The translations under genes were made by a program, and so were the position numbers. From the NCBI RefSeq assembly GCF_001194135.2, contig NC_068991.1:30376933-30440932 (forward strand): a DNA stretch of 64,000 bases. The letters are read 5' to 3'. Positions within the stretch are counted from its first letter, which is position 1; each line of letters opens with the position of its first letter. Below are positions 53,375 to 64,000 of this stretch, piece after piece. The stretch is from Octopus bimaculoides (taxonomy: Eukaryota). Under the pieces are notes generated by a model. It saw nothing but the letters and a program-made list of their open reading frames with translations, ran no database searches and was not told where the DNA came from.

Positions 53375-53600
53375 CTGTTATCAGGCACGCTTGAAGGTCT
53401 TTGTGGTTATACTATGATTCTGGTTTGGTGAAACGTAACGATCAGTTATTGTTTGATATATGCATCGTATCCTGCGACAGGTCTGAGTGTTGTGAATTGA
53501 TTGGAATTTGTATATATTTGATAAGTGCTGAAAAGACTATTTTCGTAGAGTTAGGTCTTTTTCGAGATGATGGGTTGCTTCCTTTGCGAAGGATAAATTA
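53375..53600 (+). mobile_element. Penelope-like reverse transcriptase fragment
   Basis: IRHA*RSLW..VKR..LFDICIVSCDRSECCELIG..LGLFRDDGL aligns to the recalled PLE RT pattern I.HARKSLL..W.KK..FDV.MG..DGAE.CELVG..GLYRDDGL. Confidence 0.75.
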
Positions 53601-53654
53601 ACCACTCACTCAATGATGCTAAGACGAACGTTTATTACCATGTTGAAAGAATTA

Positions 53655-53840
53655 TATTAAGGATCGTTCTTTGAGGCTTTTCGTCCGTCTTCACGTTCTG
53701 AGTTCAAATTCTGCCGGGGTCGACTTTGCCTTTTATCCTTTCATAGTCGATAAAATTAGTGTCTGTCAAGTACCGGGGTCGATGTGATCGACTTCCCCTT
53801 ACCTCAAAAACTGTTGGCCTTGTGCCAAACTTTTTAACCA
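53655..53840 (+). mobile_element. SINE family C
   Basis: ttttcgtccgtcttcacgttctgagttcaaattctgccggggtcgactttgcc..ggggtcgatgtgatcgact..ggccttgtgccaaa. Confidence 0.85.
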
Positions 53841-54047
53841 TTATTGCAATGACCTGATATTGGTACGACTGTTAAGAAGTTTCCGATATAAATTGGATGA
53901 AATACTTGATTTTCTATGCAATGGATTTGTCTTGGATCGTGGCCAAATAATTTGAAGCGTAAATATTTTCATCAATATCAGACCAACATCAACACGAGTT
54001 GCCTCCCTTTCTTATGCATGTGTTATACAAAGAGTACTAAAAAACAA

Positions 54048-54426
54048 GTGGAGGCGCATTGGCCCAGTGGTTAGGGCAGCGGACTCGCGGTCATAGGATC
54101 GCGGTTTCGATTCCCAGACCGGGCGTTGTGAGTGTTTATTGAGCGAAAACACCTAAAGCTCCACGAGGCTCCGGCAGGGGATTGTGGTGAACCCTGCTGT
54201 ACTCTTTCACCACAACTTTCTCTCACTCTTACTTCCTGTTTCTGTTGTGCCTGTAATTCAAAGGGTCAGCTGTGTCACGCTGAATATCCCCGAGAACTAC
54301 GTTAAGGGTACACGTGTCTGTGGAGTGCTCAGCCACTTGCACATTAATTTCACGAGCAGGCTGTTCTGTTGATCGGATCAACTGGAACCCTCGACGTCGT
54401 AAGCGACGGAGTACCAACAACAACAA
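54048..54426 (+). mobile_element. SINE family B, full length with (CAA)n tail
   Basis: Near-identical to 16155-16537 apart from a small internal deletion; ends ggagtaccaacaacaacaac. Confidence 0.9.
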
Positions 54427-57421
54427 CTAAAAAACAAACAAAGCAATATTTTTGCAAGTGATTTGACGAAAACACCACGTTCTGAACATGGTTGTAAATA
54501 GATGAATATGTAACACATTTTCTAACGTTTATTTTTGTTTTCATTATATGAGCAATTCGTGATATCCTGTTAATAAATCATATTTCAACGTGTTCAAGAA
54601 TACTTTTTTCTTTACGCTTGAACAAACAGTAACTTGAAACTTGGAGTTACGTTGAAGAAGATTCAGCTTCTACTATTGTGTGTGTGTGTATATATATGTG
54701 TGTGTGTGTGTCCCAATGTGAATGCATTAGAATCTCTGTATAAATATCTTATAATTTGTTTACAATAATTTTAATCGGATCCCTTCCACGCATATTCCTA
54801 TATACGTCATACCTTTATCTTTCTTTCTTTCTGTTGAATGAATTGACTTGGAATACTTAATAGTATTTATCCAAATCAAGGACAGTTCTTTAAAAGCATT
54901 ATCTACTAGATCCAGTTTTGATTTCTAATTGAATTGCAAGGTCCCAGTTGATTGGTATTTATGTTGCTGATCCTAAGGAATTGAAAGGCAAAGTGGTCCT
55001 TTGTAACATTTGAAATTTGAGAGTAAAGAGTCGAAAGCAAGCACTGCAAAGTTTTCCCTTTCTTTGCTGTAACAGTGCTCACAGTTTACAATCTTTACAA
55101 CAGATTTCTCTTCTAGACAAATAAGTCGATGGCAGAATTAGTATAGCATTTTATTTATCCTTTACGTTCTTAGTTCAAATCCTTCGAATGGATTTAACTG
55201 AATAATCCCATCCAAACGAGTTACTAAAAAAACATGCGGTATCCTACCTTTCTGCTTATACCGTGATCCCCCTTCTTTCTCGATTCAAGTCCTGCAGAGG
55301 TCAATACTGCACTATATTCCTCTAATCCTGTTTAAATATCAGTCATATTGAGGGACAACTCAGTCGATTAACTTTACAATTTAAAGATCTCGTCGAAAAA
55401 TAGTTATTGTTGTTCTTGATGATATTGTGGTCACAATTGTAGTATAAGCCCAGGTCCGGTTTGGCCTAGCAGCTTCATAATAAAAACGGTCCAGCTGTGA
55501 CCAGGCATTTATTTTATCTTATGGTTTTTATTTAGCGTAAAAGTAATACAGTGAAAATTATTGAATCGATAGAGCTTGATTTGAAGAAAACCGAGCTGAT
55601 ATTTCTTGGAACTACAGCGACTATGTAAGCAGGGCTATGGTTTGTACGGTTTGTACGGTTTGGAAGAAACTGAATGTAGACAATACCATAATAACAGAGT
55701 GACTCATTAGCTCCCTTCTAAGAAATAAGAATTCTATACAGATGTTGAGTACTCTGTCTTAACTTTGTCACCCACAACATATATGTATGTATGTATGTAT
55801 GTATGTATATGAGAGTGTGTGATTGTAAGCGGGTGAGGGAAAGAGAGGGAAGAAAGCGGGTGTGTGAGGGAAAGAGAAAGGGATAGAGAGCGGTGTAGAG
55901 GGAGAGAGAGAGAGAGAGGAGTAGAGAGAAAGAGAATGGTATGAGTGTGGGAATTTGTATTCAAAATTTTACAGATTCAGCTTCTTGTATGCTTTTATTT
56001 ACGTCTATTAACCAAAAAGAAAGGAAAACGGAAGAGCGTGATTTTGCAAGCGACTTTATGGGTGTATATGTGGGGTGGGGATGCGATGTGCTTAGAAAAT
56101 AATGAAACCTCTTTCTTTATGTGAGCAGAAGAAACGAATGAAATTTTACAGAATAGTTTTTTTTAAAAATTAAGAAAGGAACGCAATGTGGATTTTTGCT
56201 TTTAATACTGTGTGACCAGTTCTCAGAAGTGTCTTCGCTGTTTAATAATAAACCAATGAAAATGATGTTCTAATAAGTGAAAAGAAATTTGAAAAAAAAA
56301 CAATCTTATAAGAAAAAAAAAACAACAAACAGACCCACCCATTCCCACCGAAATATGTTCAATAAAAAGAATTTGAATAACATNNNNNNNNNNNNNNNNN
56401 NNNNNNNNNNNNNNNNNNNNNNNNNNNNNNNNNNNNNNNNNNNNNNNNNNNNNNNNNNNNNNNNNNNNNNNNNNNNNNNNNNNNNNNNNNNNNNNNNNNN
56501 NNNNNNNNNNNNNNNNNNNNNNNNNNNNNNNNNNNNNNNNNNNNNNNNNNNNNNNNNNNNNNNNNNNNNNNNNNNNNNNNNNNNNNNNNNNNNNNNNNNN
56601 NNNNNNNNNNNNNNNNNNNNNNNNNNNNNNNNNNNNNNNNNNNNNNNNNNNNNNNNNNNNNNNNNNNNNNNNNNNNNNNNNNNNNNNNNNNNNNNNNNNN
56701 NNNNNNNNNNNNNNNNNNNNNNNNNNNNNNNNNNNNNNNNNNNNNNNNNNNNNNNNNNNNNNNNNNNNNNNNNNNNNNNNNNNNNNNNNNNNNNNNNNNN
56801 NNNNNNNNNNNNNNNNNNNNNNNNNNNNNNNNNNNNNNNNNNNNNNNNNNNNNNNNNNNNNNNNNNNNNNNNNNNNNNNNNNNNNNNNNNNNNNNNNNNN
56901 NNNNNNNNNNNNNNNNNNNNNNNNNNNNNNNNNNNNNNNNNNNNNNNNNNNNNNNNNNNNNNNNNNNNNNNNNNNNNNNNNNNNNNNNNNNNNNNNNNNN
57001 NNNNNNNNNNNNNNNNNNNCTACAAAAACGGTTATAAATGCCTACATTATAGGTTTTTTGTATAGTGTATGTTGCTGCACAAAGAGAGATGGACTCAATC
57101 CTGAAAACAAAAGGCGCAGATTTTCACAGAATGGGAACAAATTTTAGAACTTCAGATATCTGATAAATTATCCCACTTTGAGGGCAAGAGAGACAATTGC
57201 GGATTCTTCATAAATTTATTTATGTCAGATTTTTATATCATGTGTTCTCTCATGTCGATAAAGACACAATTTTGAAATTGATGAACACACACACACACAG
57301 ACACACACACACACACACATACACGTATATATACACATACTCAAACATACAGAAACATAGGCGTATATATACACGTACCCAAACACACACACATATATAC
57401 ATGTACACGCATACATATATG

Positions 57422-57452
<31 letters not shown>

Positions 57453-57457
57453 ATATA

Positions 57458-58419
57458 NNNNNNNNNNNNNNNNNNNNNNNNNNNNNNNNNNNNNNNNNNN
57501 NNNNNNNNNNNNNNNNNNNNNNNNNNNNNNNNNNNNNNNNNNNNNNNNNNNNNNNNNNNNNNNNNNNNNNNNNNNNNNNNNNNNNNNNNNNNNNNNNNNN
57601 NNNNNNNNNNNNNNNNNNNNNNNNNNNNNNNNNNNNNNNNNNNNNNNNNNNNNNNNNNNNNNNNNNNNNNNNNNNNNNNNNNNNNNNNNNNNNNNNNNNN
57701 NNNNNNNNNNNNNNNNNNNNNNNNNNNNNNNNNNNNNNNNNNNNNNNNNNNNNNNNNNNNNNNNNNNNNNNNNNNNNNNNNNNNNNNNNNNNNNNNNNNN
57801 NNNNNNNNNNNNNNNNNNNNNNNNNNNNNNNNNNNNNNNNNNNNNNNNNNNNNNNNNNNNNNNNNNNNNNNNNNNNNNNNNNNNNNNNNNNNNNNNNNNN
57901 NNNNNNNNNNNNNNNNNNNNNNNNNNNNNNNNNNNNNNNNNNNNNNNNNNNNNNNNNNNNNNNNNNNNNNNNNNNNNNNNNNNNNNNNNNNNNNNNNNNN
58001 NNNNNNNNNNNNNNNNNNNNNNNNNNNNNNNNNNNNNNNNNNNNNNNNNNNNNNNNNNNNNNNNNNNNNNNNNNNNNNNNNNNNNNNNNNNNNNNNNNNN
58101 NNNNNNNNNNNNNNNNNNNNNNNNNNNNNNNNNNNNNNNNNNNNNNNNNNNNNNNNNNNNNNNNNNNNNNNNNNNNNNNNNNNNNNNNNNNNNNNNNNNN
58201 NNNNNNNNNNNNNNNNNNNNNNNNNNNNNNNNNNNNNNNNNNNNNNNNNNNNNNNNNNNNNNNNNNNNNNNNNNNNNNNNNNNNNNNNNNNNNNNNNNNN
58301 NNNNNNNNNNNNNNNNNNNNNNNNNNNNNNNNNNNNNNNNNNNNNNNNNNNNNNNNNNNNNNNNNNNNNNNNNNNNNNNNNNNNNNNNNNNNNNNNNNNN
58401 NNNNNNNNNNNNNNNNNNA
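57458..58419. other. Assembly gap (one of the longest of about 20 N-runs)
   Basis: Run of N with (TA)n on the left flank. The X-filled ORFs in the track span such gaps. Confidence 0.99.
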
Positions 58420-58678
58420 CACAAACATATATATATATATACATATACATATATATATACATATATGAATATATATATATCATATATACATATGTATGTA
58501 TGTATGTATAAACATCTAAATATATATCTGTGTATGTGCATATGCGTATGCGGGTGTGTATATACTCATATTATCGATCATTAAATGGTACAATAATTAT
58601 TTGTCTTTTATTATATACTTCGTTTTCACATGTTAACGTAAGAGAGTAAATGTAACTGTTATCATTGTTTTTGCTGTA

Positions 58679-58720
<42 letters not shown>

Positions 58721-61174
58721 GTTGTTGTTGTTGTTGTTGTTCACTTTTTGTGTCTTTCATATAAATTTTATTACCGCTTTCATAAAATGCTTGTCTTTTC
58801 ATTATTATTATTATTGTTATTATTGGCGTTCTTCAGTGTGTAAAGTGCATTTGTATTCTTGTATCCATTACAAGACAATGGTTTTGTAGATGTGTGGGCC
58901 TTTGTTTCCGTTTGCATTGTTATTGATATTTAACTTCATGAAATATTTTGCCATTATTATACTGTTAACGCAAAGAGTATACGCAAAATGTATACCTTGT
59001 TGTTGTTGATTTTGTTGTTATTGCTGTTGTTTGCTTTTGATGCCTCGTCATTTTTTGAATGCGCTTTGTGTCATAATTGTTTTCTTTATGTTTCACCAAA
59101 ATATGTATTTCATGCAAAAAATGTTTTACGTAAACGCTCATAAATACATATGGATTCATATACGCATAAATATGTATTACGTGACAGAGAGAGGTAGAGG
59201 GAGAGAGAGAACGAGAGGGAGTATGTGTGTGTATGTATGTATGTTAGTGTGTGTGTGTGTGTGTGTGTGCGTGTGTGCGTGTATGTGTAAGTACCAGTGT
59301 TTAACAAAACAAAATAACAGTAATCACATTAGTTTCAGCCATCTTTGGACACGCTCCATTACCATTTCATGTTTCGTATAGCCACATGTGGCTACAACTA
59401 TCATAATCATTAGCAATCATTATTCTAAGTATCATTGGCATTAATCAGTTCTTGAAGGTCTAGCTGTTCATTTTCTCTCTTTTGAAAGTTTTTGTTCAGT
59501 ATTTTGTAAACAGTATTATAATTAAGACGGTTTTTTTAATTAAAAAAAGATGTATGCAGTTCATTAATTTCCATCTTATTTTTTTTCTTTTTGCCAACAC
59601 TCAGTCCCGCCAGTTTTCTCCACATAATCTTCGTAGAAGATATCTTAATGGATGGGTAAGTTCCAGGCAAATCTTCACAATCTTAAAAGTGCTATGTTTC
59701 TTGCTGCTGTTTCTGTTACTGTAGAAGAATGTAGCAGCAGTTGTAGTAGACATAATCGCAGTACTACTGATAATCAAAATAATAACAATAATAATAATAA
59801 TCACTCTGTGTGTATGTAATCCTTGTTATCCATTTCAAAATGTCCTCCTTCGTTCGTTTTTTGCCTTCTTTTGTAAATCTTTGTGTTTATTTTATTTATA
59901 TATATATTTCACTCTTTTTTTAAAATGTATTCATGTTTTTTTTTTTTTAAATTCGTTATTTACAACAAATGTTTCTTTGTTCTCAGTTCTCACTTAAAAG
60001 AATGTCTTCTCTTTTCCTCTTTTCATTTATTTATATATTTTTTAAAATTTGCTATTTTCCTTGTTTGAAAAAAGCTTTAAATGCTTTCGAGGAAAATAAA
60101 ATGGAGAAGTTTGTCTTGTTTTTGTGGGATTTTTTCGTTTGTTTCGTATATTTTATGCCGTGTTGGAAACATTTACCAGGTTTCCCAAAGACGCTGTCTC
60201 AGAAAACTGAAAAATAAAAAAAGAAAAATGTNNNNNNNNNNNNNNNNNNNNNNNNNNNNNNNNNNNNNNNNNNNNNNNNNNNNNNNNNNNNNNNNNNNNN
60301 NNNNNNNNNNNNNNNNNNNNNNNNNNNNNNNNNNNNNNNNNNNNNNNNNNNNNNNNNNNNNNNNNNNNNNNNNNNNNNNNNNNNNNNNNNNNNNNNNNNN
60401 NNNNNNNNNNNNNNNNNNNNATATTGCGAAAGTTTGTGGGAGAAGCTGGAAAATGGAATTATCAAAGATAAATTACAGTTTCTTATATTTACAGAAGACC
60501 AAACATTTGTAGACGTGAAGGCATTAAACAAGAAATATCATACTTGCTAGAATCAATATTACACTACATAAATGACAATATATTTTCTTTTACCCCCATA
60601 CACACCCGAATATCGTCCATAGAATTTAGGAAAATGATTTTCGATTCTCATCGTGACGAAAGCCTTAATTTGATCTTGGTAAGATTTGGCGCCAGAATTT
60701 CAAGAAAGATGACTTCGGAAGTTTAATACGGAGACTTTAGTTGATCTACTGGACGCAGTTTGGTAGATTAATATACAACGATGCCTTGACAGGCATCGGT
60801 TCGATTTGTAAGCAAGGAATATAAAGCTGAAATCGATAGTTGGCAATGTCAAATATATGAATGAGAATAATAATATATTATGCTCAGCTTTACCGTTATC
60901 AGCACAGTATAGGATGAGATTGGAGCGCAACTTAAAGGCAACTAGGGAAGGATTTAAAGTTGATATATTAATGGGATGTAATAATAAACAGGGTTCAGAA
61001 AGAATTCGATGAAACTGATGAAGATTGATAGAGGTAACAATAAGTCTAGAGGACAATATGTGTACGAGCAACGTGCATAAATGGGAACATATATGCAAAT
61101 AGTCCAGATGCCTACAAGTAAGGTAAGAGAGAAAGAAACGTGTGTAGAAAGAATGATATATATATATATATATA

Positions 61175-61410
61175 TTCTTGTTTTAGTCGTTTGACTGCGG
61201 CCAAGATGGAGCAACGCCTTTAGACGAACAAATCGATCCCAGGACTTATTCTTTATAAGCCTAGTACCTATTCTATTGGTCTCTTTTGCCGAACCACTTT
61301 GTTACGGGGACGTAAACACATCAACATCGGTTGTGAAGTGATGGGGGGGGGGAACAAACAAGGACGCACATACAAACATACAAACATATATATATATATA
61401 TATATATATA
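61175..61410 (-). mobile_element. SINE family A, 3' half running into an assembly gap
   Basis: gtcgtttgactgcggccaagatggagcaacgcctttag..ggggacgtaaacacatcaacatcggttgt, then (TA)n and Ns. Confidence 0.8.
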
Positions 61411-62018
61411 NNNNNNNNNNNNNNNNNNNNNNNNNNNNNNNNNNNNNNNNNNNNNNNNNNNNNNNNNNNNNNNNNNNNNNNNNNNNNNNNNNNNNNNNNN
61501 NNNNNNNNNNNNNNNNNNNNNNNNNNNNNNNNNNNNNNNNNNNNNNNNNNNNNNNNNNNNNNNNNNNNNNNNNNNNNNNNNNNNNNNNNNNNNNNNNNNN
61601 NNNNNNNNNNNNNNNNNNNNNNNNNNNNNNNNNNNNNNNNNNNNNNNNNNNNNNNNNNNNNNNNNNNNNNNNNNNNNNNNNNNNNNNNNNNNNNNNNNNN
61701 NNNNNNNNNNNNNNNNNNNNNNNNNNNNNNNNNNNNNNNNNNNNNNNNNNNNNNNNNNNNNNNNNNNNNNNNNNNNNNNNNNNNNNNNNNNNNNNNNNNN
61801 NNNNNNNNNNNNNNNNNNNNNNNNNNNNNNNNNNNNNNNNNNNNNNNNNNNNNNNNNNNNNNNNNNNNNNNNNNNNNNNNNNNNNNNNNNNNNNNNNNNN
61901 NNNNNNNNNNNNNNNNNNNNNNNNNNNNNNNNNNNNNNNNNNNNNNNNNNNNNNNNNNNNNNNNNNNNNNNNNNNNNNNNNNNNNNNNNNNNNNNNNNNN
62001 NNNNNNNNNNNNNNNNNN

Positions 62019-62059
<41 letters not shown>

Positions 62060-62454
62060 TATATAATATACATAGATGTATATATATATGTAACATATAT
62101 ATGTGTGAGTGTGAGTGTGTGTATGCATAAATAATATATATTTCATATACATATAATTGTAGATACGCACACAAAAGTATGCAAAATCTTAAACAAAGGA
62201 CAATGTGGAAGCTGTTACACAGTCATTCGGACTGTAAAAATTGGCTCCAAATCTCCCTCAAATGTTGCGATGATTGTGGTTAAAATACCATTGACGACAG
62301 ACCCAACTTTCAGACGTTGAGCTGGGGCTCATCAAGCAACAGGAACTACAGCAATAAAAACAGCTGCAACAACAAAGACAGCGCTCCATACACTCTCTGT
62401 AGTCACACCGACACAGTGAACTGCATGAAACGGTTTTACATATATTTTTCGCCC

Positions 62455-62610
62455 TTATTCAAATTCTGAGTTCAAATTCGGCCGAGGTTGACTTTACCTT
62501 TCATTCTTTCGGAGTCGATAAAATAAGTACCAGTTGGATAATGGGATCAATGTAATCGACTTAGCGCATTCCCCGAAATTTCTGGCCTTGTGCCAAAATG
62601 TGAAACCAAT
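62455..62610 (+). mobile_element. SINE family C
   Basis: ttctgagttcaaattcggccgaggttgac..ggagtcgataaaataagtaccagttg..ggccttgtgccaaaatgtgaaacc. Confidence 0.85.
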
Positions 62611-62842
62611 ACACACACACACACGCACACACACACACACACATTTATATATATGTATATATAGTTGAAATTTACAGAAGTACAAAAGACGAAGACAGGT
62701 GTATAAACAGCAAGTAGGTGTAGTAGTTTGACGCTCGGTAAGGTGAGAAAGTCTTTTACCTTTCGAGCCTATGCTTTCCAAGAGAAAGGAACACGAGGAA
62801 ATAAACAGGAGAACAAAACACTTTTGGAATTAGCAGTCGATC

Positions 62843-63580
62843 ATAGGTCGTCAAGTATGAAATTTCTAGAAAAGAAAACTGTTTGCTAGTGTTTTATAAA
62901 TACAAGAAATAGTTTTATTTATCAAAGTATGCACCCGTATTGTTAATACACTTTTCCCATTTCAGCGGCAGCTTGTCCAGCCTGGAAATGTAAAAGCCTG
63001 GTAATCTAGAGTCAATAAAATCTTGGAAGGCCTGTTTTACAGCATCGTCGGAATTTAGTTTTTTTCTTATCAAAACGTTATCCAAATTCTGGAAGAAGTG
63101 ATAGTCAGTGGGGGAAGAATAGGTGTGTATGGTGGATGCTGGAGAACTTCCAACTCCAGCTCCTGTAGTTTCGCCAATGTCATATTTGCAATGTGTGGTC
63201 TGGTGTTGTCTTGCAATAAAATAGGGTCTGTTGGCTAATATAGGCTGTTTTTTTTTTCTAAGTTTCTACACCATTTGGTCCAAGTCGCTGCAGTATACTT
63301 TGGCCGTGATTGTGAGCCAGGTTTAATGAAATCATAATGGATCACACCTGCGCCAGACAGCCAAACACACACCATCAGCTTCTTTTGATGAATTTTGCTT
63401 TGGTGGTTTGTGTTTGTCCAATCATTGTGCTGAACGTTTACAGTTGTCGTATTGGATCCTTTTCTCACATGGTACAATTCGATTCAAAAATGATTCATTT
63501 TTGTGACAGGAAAGTAGCATACTGCAGGCTTCCAAACGTTGCCGTTTCTGATTTTCAATGAGTTCATGTGGAACCCGACA
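62843..63580 (-). mobile_element. Mariner (D,D34D) DNA transposon: 3' half of transposase plus terminal inverted repeat
   Basis: WVPHELIENQKRQRLEAC..FLNRIV; IHQKKLMVCVW..GVIHYDF; PILLQDNTRPHIA; QHPPYTPILPPTDYHFFQNLDNVL; WEKCINNTGAYFDK*. ATAGGTCGTCAAGTATGAAATTTC at 62843-62866 resembles the Mos1 TIR as recalled. Confidence 0.9.
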
Positions 63581-63589
63581 ATTGATGGT

Positions 63590-63735
63590 GGTATTTCGTC
63601 TGTCTTAACGTTCTGAATTCAAATTCTGCTGCTGTCATCCTTTCGGGGTCCAAGTTCCAGTTGAGCACTGGGTTCAATGTAATCAACCTACCCTTTCTCC
63701 GAAATTGCTGGCCTTGTGCAAAAGTTGGAAACCAA
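63590..63735 (+). mobile_element. SINE family C, interrupting the mariner relic
   Basis: gtatttcgtctgtcttaacgttctgaattcaaattctgc..gttgagcactgggttcaatgtaatc..gctggccttgtgcaaaagttggaaacc. Confidence 0.8.
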
Positions 63736-63763
63736 TATGTATGACTACATACATACGTTCAAA

Positions 63764-63834
<71 letters not shown>

Positions 63835-64000
63835 AGATAATTATGTGTATTCTGGTTGACACGTGCAAGTTTCAAAGTGATTACTACATGCTTGTGTTAA
63901 AAGTATGTTGAGTGCACAATAATGTGTGATTATGTAATTAGATCTCTAGCAGGGTTTCGTGTAGATAACCGAACGGATACTGACGACTGGTGGCGGATGG

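Overview
AT-rich, microsatellite-saturated eukaryotic draft-assembly DNA with about 20 N-gaps, most of them bounded by (TA)n or (CA)n runs. The SINE families and microsatellite load suggest an octopus/cephalopod genome (inference from recalled repeat families, not a database hit). I found no intact, recognisable protein-coding gene. The window looks intergenic or intronic and is dominated by: (i) four or five tRNA-headed SINE families in more than 25 copies; (ii) a 6-kb cluster of decayed retroelements at 37.2-43.4 kb, made of an R4/Dong-type RLE LINE, a Penelope-like ORF fragment, and a Tx1/L1-like 3' end lying head-to-tail with a Tx1-like 5' two-thirds (ORF1 with CCHC knuckle, APE, RT); (iii) two mariner transposase relics, a mariner MITE and three hAT MITEs flanked by 8-bp TSDs or TSD-like sites; (iv) Penelope RT and RTE fragments. 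The most interesting unexplained signals are an inverted-repeat family found at two loci whose arms carry a hammerhead-like GAAAC-loop-GUH segment plus AATAAA, a separate CUGAAGA...GAAAC hammerhead-like core, and a 1-kb decayed minus-strand reading frame resembling the C-terminus of very large inducible GTPases (GVIN1/VLIG). Nearly all long ORFs in the supplied track are artefacts of microsatellites and N-gaps. All family names are by motif recall and need database confirmation.
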